A stretch of DNA of 63,233 bases from an uncultured Oscillospiraceae bacterium (lineage in GTDB: Bacteria; Bacillota; Clostridia; Oscillospirales; Ruminococcaceae). A model generated the notes under the pieces. The model saw only the letters and a list, made by a program, of their open reading frames with translations. It was not told the origin of the DNA and ran no database searches. The first letter of the stretch is position 1; every line of letters starts with the position of its first letter. The stretch spans positions 1-63,233 of the forward strand of contig CAYJGR010000004.1 in NCBI GenBank assembly GCA_964370005.1. The letters run 5' to 3'. A program made the translations under genes and the position numbers. Positions 46,493 through 54,463 of the stretch are shown piece after piece.

Positions 46493-47113
46493 GTGAAATC
46501 ATTTGATCAACTCAGCGATCTGGAACTTGACACACTTCAAGAGATAGGCAGTATTGGTTCGGGGAATGCTGCCACTGCATTGTCGGGTATGCTTGGTTGC
46601 GAGGTGCGCATAGATATGCCCGAGGTGCGTATAATGGGGTATAACGAGGCCATCGAATGGATGGGTGGCCCCGAGCTTGTGACTGCAGGTGTATTGGTGC
46701 ATCTTGAGGGTGAGGTCAACGGCATTGTGTTGTCGGTACAGCAGGAAGAATTTGTAAGCATGGTGCTCCAAAATATGATTGGTAAGAGTATTTCGAGCTA
46801 TGATGAGCTAAATGAACTTGATAACTCGGCTTTGGTTGAAGTGGGCAACATAATGATTTCGGCATTTGTGAGCGCAGTATCCGACATGGCGGGCGTGGCC
46901 ATGCGTCCTACAGTACCGGCGTTTGCGGTTGAAATGCAGGGGGCTATTCTTGCGATACCTATGGCGGAATATGGTGGTCAATCAAATCACATCATGACTA
47001 TAGGCACCAACTTTATTTGCAATAACACTGTGATGGTGTGCAAGATTTTGTTATCACCCGATATAAGGTCGCTGAATTTGCTTCTTAGAAAGTTAGGGGT
47101 TTTGGATGAGTGA
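46493..47113 (+). CDS. cheC: CheY-P phosphatase CheC
   Basis: LDTLQEIGSIGSGNAATALSGML and ALVEVGNIMISAFVSAVSDM duplicated CheC motifs. GTG start. Confidence 0.9.
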   Translation: MKSFDQLSDLELDTLQEIGSIGSGNAATALSGMLGCEVRIDMPEVRIMGYNEAIEWMGGPELVTAGVLVHLEGEVNGIVLSVQQEEFVSMVLQNMIGKSISSYDELNELDNSALVEVGNIMISAFVSAVSDMAGVAMRPTVPAFAVEMQGAILAIPMAEYGGQSNHIMTIGTNFICNNTVMVCKILLSPDIRSLNLLLRKLGVLDE

Positions 47114-47588
47114 GAAACTGATAGTGGGCATAGCGGACATGAAGATAGCCAAAAAAGAGGGCCAACTTATCACATATGCGCTTGGCTCCTGTATCGGTGT
47201 TTGTCTTTATGACCCGGAAATCAAGCTTGCGGCACTACTTCATATTATGTTACCCCTCAACATGGAGGCGGGCAAAACAAATCCCCTAAAGTATGCTGAC
47301 ACCGGCATAAAAGAGACGCTCAGGGGTATGGAGTTAAGAGGAGCAGTTCGAAGCCGAATTGTGGCCAAGATTGCGGGAGGAGCTTGCATATTCTCCACGC
47401 TACAAAAAGGGACATTTGGCAATATAGGCCAGCGAAACATTGAAAGTGTGCGTATGATACTTAAGATGCAGAATATAAAACTGTTGTGGGAGGATGTTGG
47501 AGGAAATATTGCACGCAGTGTTTTCTTTGATGCCGCCACAGGCAAGGGCATGGTGCGTAGCCATGGTCAACCTGAAAAAGTGTTTTGA
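47106..47588 (+). CDS. cheD: Chemoreceptor glutamine deamidase CheD
   Basis: LITYALGSCIGVCLYDPEIKLAALLHIMLP... contains the catalytic Cys/His context. Confidence 0.92.
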   Translation: MSEKLIVGIADMKIAKKEGQLITYALGSCIGVCLYDPEIKLAALLHIMLPLNMEAGKTNPLKYADTGIKETLRGMELRGAVRSRIVAKIAGGACIFSTLQKGTFGNIGQRNIESVRMILKMQNIKLLWEDVGGNIARSVFFDAATGKGMVRSHGQPEKVF

Positions 47589-47624
47589 TAGCCATAGCGA
47601 TTTTGAAGATGGGGGAATGGTGAG

Positions 47625-48569
47625 ATGCAGCAAAACAACAACTCGAATGCGACGGTATCTACCGCAGGAGAAATCGAAATTATGGAGTTCACAGTTGATG
47701 GCCAGCTTTATGGCATCAATGTGGCCAAGGTGCGGGAGATTATGCTTTCACGTGAGGTTCGCCCTATGCCCCACTCGCACGAGGCAGTTGAGGGAATTTT
47801 TAAACCGAGAGACTTCCTTATAACTGTGGTGGATTTGCCTTGCTATTTGCGGGGGCAGGTACAGGAGAGAGGCGAAAAAGATCTTTTTATTGTGACAAAT
47901 TTCAATCGTACATATATAGCCTTTAGGGTACATACCGTGGAGGGCATTCGTCGCATGTCTTGGGAAGAAGTTGAGAAACCCGGCGAGGCTGTTTCGGGTG
48001 GTTCTGTCGGTATGGCTACGGGTGTTGCCCAAAGTGATGATCGCTTGGTGACCATTCTGGATTTGGAACGCATAGTGGCCGATATTTCCCCGCAAACCAG
48101 TATAAGCCTAAGTGATATTACAAATCTCGGTCAACGTGATAATAACAATGCTTCTATTTGGTTGGCAGAAGATTCCATGTTTTTATCTCAAACTATTTGC
48201 AGTGCGCTAAAAAATGCGGGATATATCAATGTCACCACATTTTCTAACGGCAAAGAGTTGTGGAACAAATTGAAAGAGTGCCGCGATGGAGGAAATATAA
48301 ATCAGTGTGCCCAAGTTGTGGTCACAGATTTGGAGATGCCACAAATGGACGGCCATCAACTGCTCAAGTCGATAAAAGCCGACGCCATACTCAAACAGGT
48401 GAAGGTGGTTGTATTCTCGGCACTTATCACGGAAGAAATGTGGAAAATCGGGCAGCAGCTCGGCGCCGACGGGCAGCTCAGCAAACCCGAAATCGCAAAG
48501 CTCGTAGAGATGTTGGACGATTTACTCAGTAACAGTCATGAAAGCAGAGCGGGCGGTGAGGCGATATGA
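47625..48569 (+). CDS. cheV: Chemotaxis protein CheV (CheW-like plus REC domains)
   Basis: IMEFTVDGQLYGINVAKVREIM is the CheW domain. VVTDLEMPQMDGHQLLKSIK...LSKP is the receiver domain. Confidence 0.9.
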   Translation: MQQNNNSNATVSTAGEIEIMEFTVDGQLYGINVAKVREIMLSREVRPMPHSHEAVEGIFKPRDFLITVVDLPCYLRGQVQERGEKDLFIVTNFNRTYIAFRVHTVEGIRRMSWEEVEKPGEAVSGGSVGMATGVAQSDDRLVTILDLERIVADISPQTSISLSDITNLGQRDNNNASIWLAEDSMFLSQTICSALKNAGYINVTTFSNGKELWNKLKECRDGGNINQCAQVVVTDLEMPQMDGHQLLKSIKADAILKQVKVVVFSALITEEMWKIGQQLGADGQLSKPEIAKLVEMLDDLLSNSHESRAGGEAI

Positions 48570-49834
48570 GTCGTTATATAGTGCGTCAACCAATTAAAAG
48601 TTCGACAGACAATGGTATTATCGGGCATGAAATTTTATATCACGGAGCAAATCAGGCCTTTAACGTGGGACCAAGAAGTGGGGCAAGTAGCGAGTTTGCG
48701 GCGGCCGACACCATTTACAACTTCCTGACGGCCAATACCGACAAACTGCTCAGCGGAAGCCTTAACTTCATGACATTTACCACCACCCTGCTTTTACGTC
48801 GTGCCCCCTATCTCTTCAATAAAGATGATCTGATCATCCAAATAGATGACAGTGTTATAATTCATCCTTTGGCCATGTATGTGGTGCGTCAATATAAACA
48901 AGAGGGATACAAAATTGCCGTCAATCAATTCCAATTCTCTCAGCGCTACCTCTCCATCATGGACACCATCGATTACATAAAGTTCGATGTGGGATTTGTG
49001 CAGGACTCTACAGCCCAGAGCATGGTCAAGATTGCAAAAGGCATGGGCAAACAGTGCATATGTACAGGTATTAATAGTAAAGAGCTGTACGACAAAGCTA
49101 TAAATTTAGGCGTGGATGCCCTCGAAGGCAGCTTTGTGGCCGAAAATATCTCCACAAAGGCGTACAGCAGTGATTATTTGCAGAGTAACTTTTTCCGCCT
49201 GATGGTGGCCGTGACAAGGGATGAACCGACAATCGATGAGATTGAAGAGATCGTTTCGGTAGATGCTACCCTCACCTATGGCCTGCTCAAAATGGTCAAC
49301 TCCTGCTACTTTGCCCTACGTCATAGGGTGGACAGCATAAGACAGGCCGTTATGACGGTGGGTCTGCGTGAGCTTAAACAATGGGTATACCTGCTCAGCG
49401 CCTCGACCGAAAACGGCGAGATGGATAGCAGTAGCGAGGAAATTTTGCGGCTGTCGTTCATGCGTGCAAACTTCTGTAGCCGTTTGGCAGGCTACGCACA
49501 GGATATGACTATCTCACGCCAAGACGCTTATTTAATGGGTATGTTCTCCACCCTCGGTTATCTTATAGATGCCGATCTTGAGGAGATTTTAGAGCAATTG
49601 CCGCTGCGTGAGGAGATAAAACAGGCCTTGATATTCAAAACAGGCCGTGCGGGTATATTGTTTGACCTCGTGGTGCAGTACGAAAAGGCACAGTGGGAGG
49701 AGACAGAAAATTTGGTCGTAGAACTGGGGATACCCCCTCAACAACTCACCGAAGTGTATTTCCAGTGCATGGAGGAAGTTAGCAATATCTGGGGCGACAT
49801 TACAAAGCCCGAGCCAAGTCAGGTCAGCGAATAA
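48566..49834 (+). CDS. EAL plus HDOD domain protein (COG3434-like; EAL appears degenerate)
   Basis: N-terminal IIGHEILYH (EAL-like), ...IKFD..., then the HDOD-like segment TLTYGLLKMVNSCYFALRHRVDSIRQAVMTVGLRELKQWVYLL. Confidence 0.7.
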   Translation: MSRYIVRQPIKSSTDNGIIGHEILYHGANQAFNVGPRSGASSEFAAADTIYNFLTANTDKLLSGSLNFMTFTTTLLLRRAPYLFNKDDLIIQIDDSVIIHPLAMYVVRQYKQEGYKIAVNQFQFSQRYLSIMDTIDYIKFDVGFVQDSTAQSMVKIAKGMGKQCICTGINSKELYDKAINLGVDALEGSFVAENISTKAYSSDYLQSNFFRLMVAVTRDEPTIDEIEEIVSVDATLTYGLLKMVNSCYFALRHRVDSIRQAVMTVGLRELKQWVYLLSASTENGEMDSSSEEILRLSFMRANFCSRLAGYAQDMTISRQDAYLMGMFSTLGYLIDADLEEILEQLPLREEIKQALIFKTGRAGILFDLVVQYEKAQWEETENLVVELGIPPQQLTEVYFQCMEEVSNIWGDITKPEPSQVSE

Positions 49835-49894
49835 AAAGCAATGAGGAATTATGGTGTCGCCTTGCGACAAATTTGTATTTAAGAGCATTAGACG

Positions 49895-49922
49895 GCGGGG
49901 TGGGGTTTTCCACCCCGCTTTT
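49895..49922 (+). terminator. Intrinsic terminator of the fla/che operon
   Basis: GCGGGGTGG-ggtttt-CCACCCCGC followed by TTTT, 61 nt after the EAL-HDOD stop. Confidence 0.75.
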
Positions 49923-49926
49923 CCGT

Positions 49927-50020
49927 GTAGGGGGCAGTTTCGGCGTGAACGTACAATAGCCCGAGGGCAAAGCGACGCCCACGGGCAACCGTACGCCCCC
50001 ACCAAAACCACCCCCTACCC
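49927..50020. repeat. GC-rich REP-like palindromic unit starting with GTAGGGGG
   Basis: GTAGGGGGC...GCCCCC...CCCCCTAC is long-range complementary and shares the GTAGGGG leader with REP a-e. Confidence 0.5.
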
Positions 50021-50090
50021 AAAAAATCGTGGCGGGGAATTAGAGGATTGATAAGGGCAACTAAAAACTAATAACTAAGAGTGAAGAGTT

Positions 50091-50128
50091 AAGGTCAAGG
50101 GCACCGTGTGGGTGCTCTTGACCTTTTC
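50091..50128 (+). terminator. Strong hairpin with U-tract (about 15-bp stem)
   Basis: AAGGTCAAGGGCACC-gtgtg-GGTGCTCTTGACCTT followed by TTTC. Confidence 0.6.
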
Positions 50129-50129
50129 T

Positions 50130-50389
50130 ATCTTCTGGCAATCTGTTTTCTGTCCTCTAATTGTAGTGCTTTGCGTATCATGTCATAGCTCAATTCCAAT
50201 TTATGTCTTGGTCGAGGCTATAATCTCCGGACTCCATTCCTATTTGTGCATAGTTTCAATCAAAGTGGCTTTGGTAAAATCAGCATCCCAAGCGAGCATC
50301 AGCTTTTTGACAAATTCATATGCAACAAGCTGTTAGCTCTCGGGTAGCATATCTATCATATTAGCTATCGGTTTGGTAAGTGTTGACAT
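50130..50389 (-). pseudogene. Decayed small gene (antitoxin-like helical protein) interrupted by in-frame stops
   Basis: The minus-strand ATG at 50389 has an SD that overlaps the ComFB-gene stop. It reads MSTLTKPIANMIDMLPES-stop-QLVAYEFVKKLMLAWDADFTKATLIETMHK-stop-EWSPEIIASTKT-stop. Confidence 0.35.
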
Positions 50390-50400
50390 GTGTTCATCTC

Positions 50401-51141
50401 CTACAAACTATGCCGTGGTGAGTTCTTTATAGCTTGGCAAGCAACCATAATTTGGCTTTTTATATCTGTCTCGAACTTCGAGGCGTAAAAACTGAGCACA
50501 GTGGGGCGATTTTCAGGGTCAAGCACCACATACTTTGCAGGCAAACGGCACAGGGTCAGCGCCTTTGTATCGGCCGCACAGCGTGAACAGGGGCAAACCC
50601 CGAGTAGTTTTATATATCGCTCCAAAACATCATCCACCAACACCTCCATGACATTCACAAACTCAATGTCATTGTCGGGGTTTTGGTTGCCTACCCGTGC
50701 CGAGGTGACTCGGGCGGCTTCCTCGATGGCCACAGGGCGGGATGGGGGTGCGGACATAGGTGCGGTTTGTGGCGCTAAGTCCTCACGCCAAGGTGCAGAT
50801 ATACCGCCACTAAAATGAGCAGAATCGGCAGGAGATTTTGTGGGTGGAATAACAGACGGGGTCTGATTTTGACTGATGATATCCTGCTCCAAAGCCTGAC
50901 CTAAGGCGTCCGAAATGCTGTCCGAAAGCGCCTCGTTACTCACCTTGGCTACCTCCAATGCGGGCACGGTGGGTTTGGCGGGTGCAGGTGCGGGCGATGG
51001 TGCGGTCTCGGTGGCAGGTGCGGGAGGATTTTCATCGGTAGCAGTCGATGTAGCCTGTTCCTGCTCGGCCTCGGGTGAACTGGAAATCAAATTGAGCACA
51101 TGGGCGGTCTTACTACTTTTTGCTCCACGTTTTGCAGGCAT
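50401..51141 (-). CDS. ComFB-domain protein with a basic N-terminal peptide and a long Pro/Ala/Ser-rich linker
   Basis: The C-terminus NVMEVLVDDVLERYIKLLGVCPCSRCAADTKALTLCRLPAKYVV matches the ComFB signature with its Cys cluster. The N-terminus is MPAKRGAKSSKTAHVLNLI. SD AAGGAGGA. Confidence 0.75.
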   Translation of the reverse strand: MPAKRGAKSSKTAHVLNLISSSPEAEQEQATSTATDENPPAPATETAPSPAPAPAKPTVPALEVAKVSNEALSDSISDALGQALEQDIISQNQTPSVIPPTKSPADSAHFSGGISAPWREDLAPQTAPMSAPPSRPVAIEEAARVTSARVGNQNPDNDIEFVNVMEVLVDDVLERYIKLLGVCPCSRCAADTKALTLCRLPAKYVVLDPENRPTVLSFYASKFETDIKSQIMVACQAIKNSPRHSL

Positions 51142-51166
51142 GGTTGATCCTCCTTATGGGTTATAG

Positions 51167-51940
51167 TTACCGCAGCTTAAAGGCGGGGCCGGCTATTTCA
51201 TCACACAGTCTCAAGAAGTCGGCGGTAGGATTGGAGCGAGGGGCATAATCCACCACGCTCATGCCATGTGCGGGTGCCTCGGCCACGGCCACACCGGTGC
51301 GTATATGACTTTCAAACACCTTACTATCAAGTTGTATAGCAATTTGTTTTGCTAAATCTAAAACTTCTCGGTTGAGGTTAAGCCTTGGGTTAAAGCGGTT
51401 AAGCAGTATACCCAGCACCTTTAGTTGTGAGTTGTAATAATTGCGCACACTCTCTATGGTCTCTTTGATTTGTGATACCCCCAAAAGACTCAGGACCTCG
51501 GGTGCCATGGGAATTATGAGGCTGTCGGTGGCGACATATGCATTTACAGTGAGCACATTTAAGGCGGGAGGGGTGTCTATTATGACAAAATCGTAATCCT
51601 CCTTGACCTTTGACAGCGCATTTTTCAAAAGAAACTCACGCCCGGGCTTTGTGAACTCCTGTTCGGCGGCCGACAGCAGAATATTTGAGGGTAAAATATC
51701 GCAGGTGTCGGTTTTTGAGATGGCATCTTTTGGCTCGACTTTCTCTTGAAACATCTCATATACCGTGGCACAATGTTCGATATCAAGTCCCAAACTAAAA
51801 CCCAAACTGCCTTGTGGGTCAAGATCAACACCCAACACTTTAGCCCCACGTCCCGCAAGACCCGCGAGCAAAGCGGCGGCGGTGGAGGTTTTGCCCACCC
51901 CACCTTTTTGATTTGTCACAGTGATGACGGTTGTAGCCAT
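51167..51940 (-). CDS. ParA/Soj-family P-loop ATPase
   Basis: VITVTNQKGGVGKTSTAAAL (deviant Walker A with signature Lys), VLGVDLDPQGS and DFVIIDTPPAL (Walker B). The start at 51940 follows GAAGGAAG. Confidence 0.88.
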   Translation of the reverse strand: MATTVITVTNQKGGVGKTSTAAALLAGLAGRGAKVLGVDLDPQGSLGFSLGLDIEHCATVYEMFQEKVEPKDAISKTDTCDILPSNILLSAAEQEFTKPGREFLLKNALSKVKEDYDFVIIDTPPALNVLTVNAYVATDSLIIPMAPEVLSLLGVSQIKETIESVRNYYNSQLKVLGILLNRFNPRLNLNREVLDLAKQIAIQLDSKVFESHIRTGVAVAEAPAHGMSVVDYAPRSNPTADFLRLCDEIAGPAFKLR

Positions 51941-52006
51941 GCTTCCTTCATCCTTTCGTATCTCACAACACACGCCCAAAACAAATATTAAATTATAAAA
52001 AAGGGC

Positions 52007-52033
52007 TTATTTTCCGACGATGTCGGACGATAT
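52007..52033 (+). promoter_or_regulatory. Candidate sigma-28 promoter of fliD, overlapping a 6-3-6 palindrome
   Basis: TTAT-15 nt-GACGATAT matches GCCGATAT at 7 of 8 positions. The palindrome TCCGAC-gat-GTCGGA lies at 52013..52027. Confidence 0.4.
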
Positions 52034-52162
52034 AAAACTATGAGAGCGTTAGTAGTGTTTTCTATATATCCATTCTACATAAAACGCCTAAGTTTGTCAA
52101 CAAATGACATTATGTATCATAAAAATCCAACATATTAAATATATGACAAGGAGTGTATCGAT

Positions 52163-54463
52163 ATGGCATCAATCACAAGTTTAATGAGCTCGAGTTCTTC
52201 GGGGGGGATATATGGCTCTCGTAGTACTAATATTATCTCGGGTTTGGCAACAGGTATGGACACCGAAAGCATGATAGAAGGTGCAGTGCAAGGTTATCAG
52301 GCCAAAATCACCGAGCTTGAACAAGATCGCACCATGGCACAATGGAAACAGGTGGGGTATCAAGAGATAAGTGATATGCTTGTCGATTTTAGCCGTGAGT
52401 ACACCTCTTATACCTCCTCGACCAATCTTTTGAGTGCGGGGTTCTTTGGCAATTCGTCGGTTACAAATCCTATGGGCGATAATGCCGGCGCTGTCACGGC
52501 ACATGGTGACAGCAGCAGTAACATACTTATAAACAGCATCACAAAATTGGCCACCGCACAGCAATATGCTATTTCTGCCACAAGTCTTATTGGAAGTGAG
52601 AGCTCAAGTTCGGGCGGTAAAACCACCGTTAGCACAGGTGCGGTTGACCTCAGTGGCAATACCACTGTGAGTAGCCTTGAGGGCAGTTTGACCCTAAAAT
52701 ACGGCACACGTGATGTGAAAATCGATTTTGGTGAGTTTGAGTTTTTTGATGCTGCCGGCGATGGCAGTGGCACTGTGGATGCTCAAGCACTGGCCGATGC
52801 TATAAATGAAAAACTTGCCGACGAGAATATTAGCTTTACAAGTGGCGATAGCAAGGCCGCCAATGAAGTTATAAAAGCCACTGTGGATGCCGGTGGAAAC
52901 ATTGTATTTGAGGAACTTGGCACTGCCGGCAACGGTGTGAGCATAGATAAGGCCAGTGGCAAGCTTGCCACCACTCTCGGACTTACCGACATTGCCGAAA
53001 ACCAGAAAACTATATCCACCCTCTCGGGCGACTACAGCGAAGAAGTAAACACCATGGACTACCTAAAGGGTGAGACATTGTCCTTTGAGTTTGACGGCAG
53101 CACCAAGAATATCACCATAGGTGAGGACTGGACGTCTGCCAACTTTGCAGATAAGCTTCAAGCAGAGCTTAATAATGCTTACGGTTCGAACAAGGTGCAG
53201 GTAGGGCGTGACGGTGATAAGTTTACTTTCTCGGTGAATGATGGCTCGACATTGAGTGTAGACAGCTCGGCCGCGAAAGTCTTTGGTATCAGCGAGAACG
53301 GCGGTGCCTCCTCCACCCTTAACATAAACAAAACTCTGGGTGAGCTGGGCTTTACCGGTGAGCAAACCCTTACAATCAACGGTGTGGATATTGGCACATT
53401 TAATGCCGACAGCACTATGGAGGAAGTACTTACCAAGATAAACGGCAATGATGAGAGCGGTTTTAAGGTGTTCTATTCTGAGTTTTCGGGTGAGTTTTTG
53501 TTCACGGCCGAGGAGACCGGCGTGAGTGAGCAAATCACATTCGGTGGCAGTTTGGGAACCGCACTGTTTGGTGACCCCGCCACAGATGGCCGCTACATCG
53601 CAGGTGAGGATGCCCAGCTCAATGTCACGGTAAACGGCCAGACAAAGGACATCACCCGTAGTAGCAATACCGTTGATATAGACGGCATGGAAATAACTCT
53701 CAAGGATACATTTACCGCAGGTGAGGCCATTGAGTTCACCACCGAGGTTGACAGCGATCCCATTGTGGACGCCATAAAGAGCATGATAGACGATTACAAT
53801 GCGATTGTCAGCAAGGTGAAAACCGCCTACACCGAGCAACCCCTTGAAACCAGCAGCGGTGAGGCTTATCGTCCCCTCATAGATGAAGATAAGGCCAGCA
53901 TGAGCGAAAGTGAGATAGAGGCCTATGAGGAAAAGGTAAAGACGGGGCAATTCTTTATGGACAGTGATTTGCGTGGCCTGTCGGATGCACTGCGTGATGC
54001 TATTACATCGCTTGGTGCAACCGAGGAGGATTTGGCCGATATCGGCATAGGCATCTCTTATTCCTCGGGACTTACCACCCTCACATTGGACGAGAGTGCT
54101 CTGCGCAATGCCCTCGAGAGCGAACCCGAAAAGGTGGAGGAAATCTTTACCCGCAGGGAGAGCACAGGCGGTAGTAGCAATGGTTTGATGGCGAGCCTTT
54201 TGGAGGTCACCGAGAAATATGCTAAGGAGACCGGCGAACCCAAGGGTATACTTATAGAGCTTGCGGGATCGCAGCACTCGCCCACCTCGGTGCTACAAAA
54301 TGATATGCTGACACTCACCAATAGTATTGACGATCAAATCGAGATGTGGCAGGATAAGTTGACCGACCGTGTGGACTACTACACCAGACAGTTTACCCAG
54401 CTCGAGGTGCTTATGATGGAGATGAACAACCAAAGTTCTTATTTTTCGGGTATGATGGGATAA
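52163..54463 (+). CDS. fliD: Flagellar filament cap protein FliD (long, 766 aa)
   Basis: ISGLATGMDTESMIEGAVQGYQAKITELEQDRTMAQWKQVGYQEI at the N-terminus and LTDRVDYYTRQFTQLEVLMMEMNNQ at the C-terminus. Confidence 0.92.
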   Translation: MASITSLMSSSSSGGIYGSRSTNIISGLATGMDTESMIEGAVQGYQAKITELEQDRTMAQWKQVGYQEISDMLVDFSREYTSYTSSTNLLSAGFFGNSSVTNPMGDNAGAVTAHGDSSSNILINSITKLATAQQYAISATSLIGSESSSSGGKTTVSTGAVDLSGNTTVSSLEGSLTLKYGTRDVKIDFGEFEFFDAAGDGSGTVDAQALADAINEKLADENISFTSGDSKAANEVIKATVDAGGNIVFEELGTAGNGVSIDKASGKLATTLGLTDIAENQKTISTLSGDYSEEVNTMDYLKGETLSFEFDGSTKNITIGEDWTSANFADKLQAELNNAYGSNKVQVGRDGDKFTFSVNDGSTLSVDSSAAKVFGISENGGASSTLNINKTLGELGFTGEQTLTINGVDIGTFNADSTMEEVLTKINGNDESGFKVFYSEFSGEFLFTAEETGVSEQITFGGSLGTALFGDPATDGRYIAGEDAQLNVTVNGQTKDITRSSNTVDIDGMEITLKDTFTAGEAIEFTTEVDSDPIVDAIKSMIDDYNAIVSKVKTAYTEQPLETSSGEAYRPLIDEDKASMSESEIEAYEEKVKTGQFFMDSDLRGLSDALRDAITSLGATEEDLADIGIGISYSSGLTTLTLDESALRNALESEPEKVEEIFTRRESTGGSSNGLMASLLEVTEKYAKETGEPKGILIELAGSQHSPTSVLQNDMLTLTNSIDDQIEMWQDKLTDRVDYYTRQFTQLEVLMMEMNNQSSYFSGMMG

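Noticed and set aside
49589-50051. ORFs of 140 aa (minus strand) and 66 aa (plus strand) across the region downstream of the EAL-HDOD gene.
   Set aside because: They translate GC-rich REP-like palindromes and terminators, giving Arg/Pro/Gly-rich peptides with no RBS.
51167-51940. The possibility that the ParA-like gene is simply the missing FlhG (YlxH).
   Set aside because: This is not adopted as the call. The protein lacks the FlhG-type N-terminal activator segment and the MinD-like C-terminal amphipathic helix. It has a Soj-type NQKGGVGKT Walker A, is not adjacent to flhA or flhF, and is paired with a ComFB-domain gene. The idea remains a testable alternative and is noted in the findings.
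53063-54277. A 404-aa stop-free ORF antisense to fliD.
   Set aside because: It lies entirely inside a confidently identified fliD CDS, has no SD or promoter context, and has a composition typical of the reverse frame of a gene with biased codon use (few TTA, CTA or TCA codons). This is best explained as a shadow ORF.
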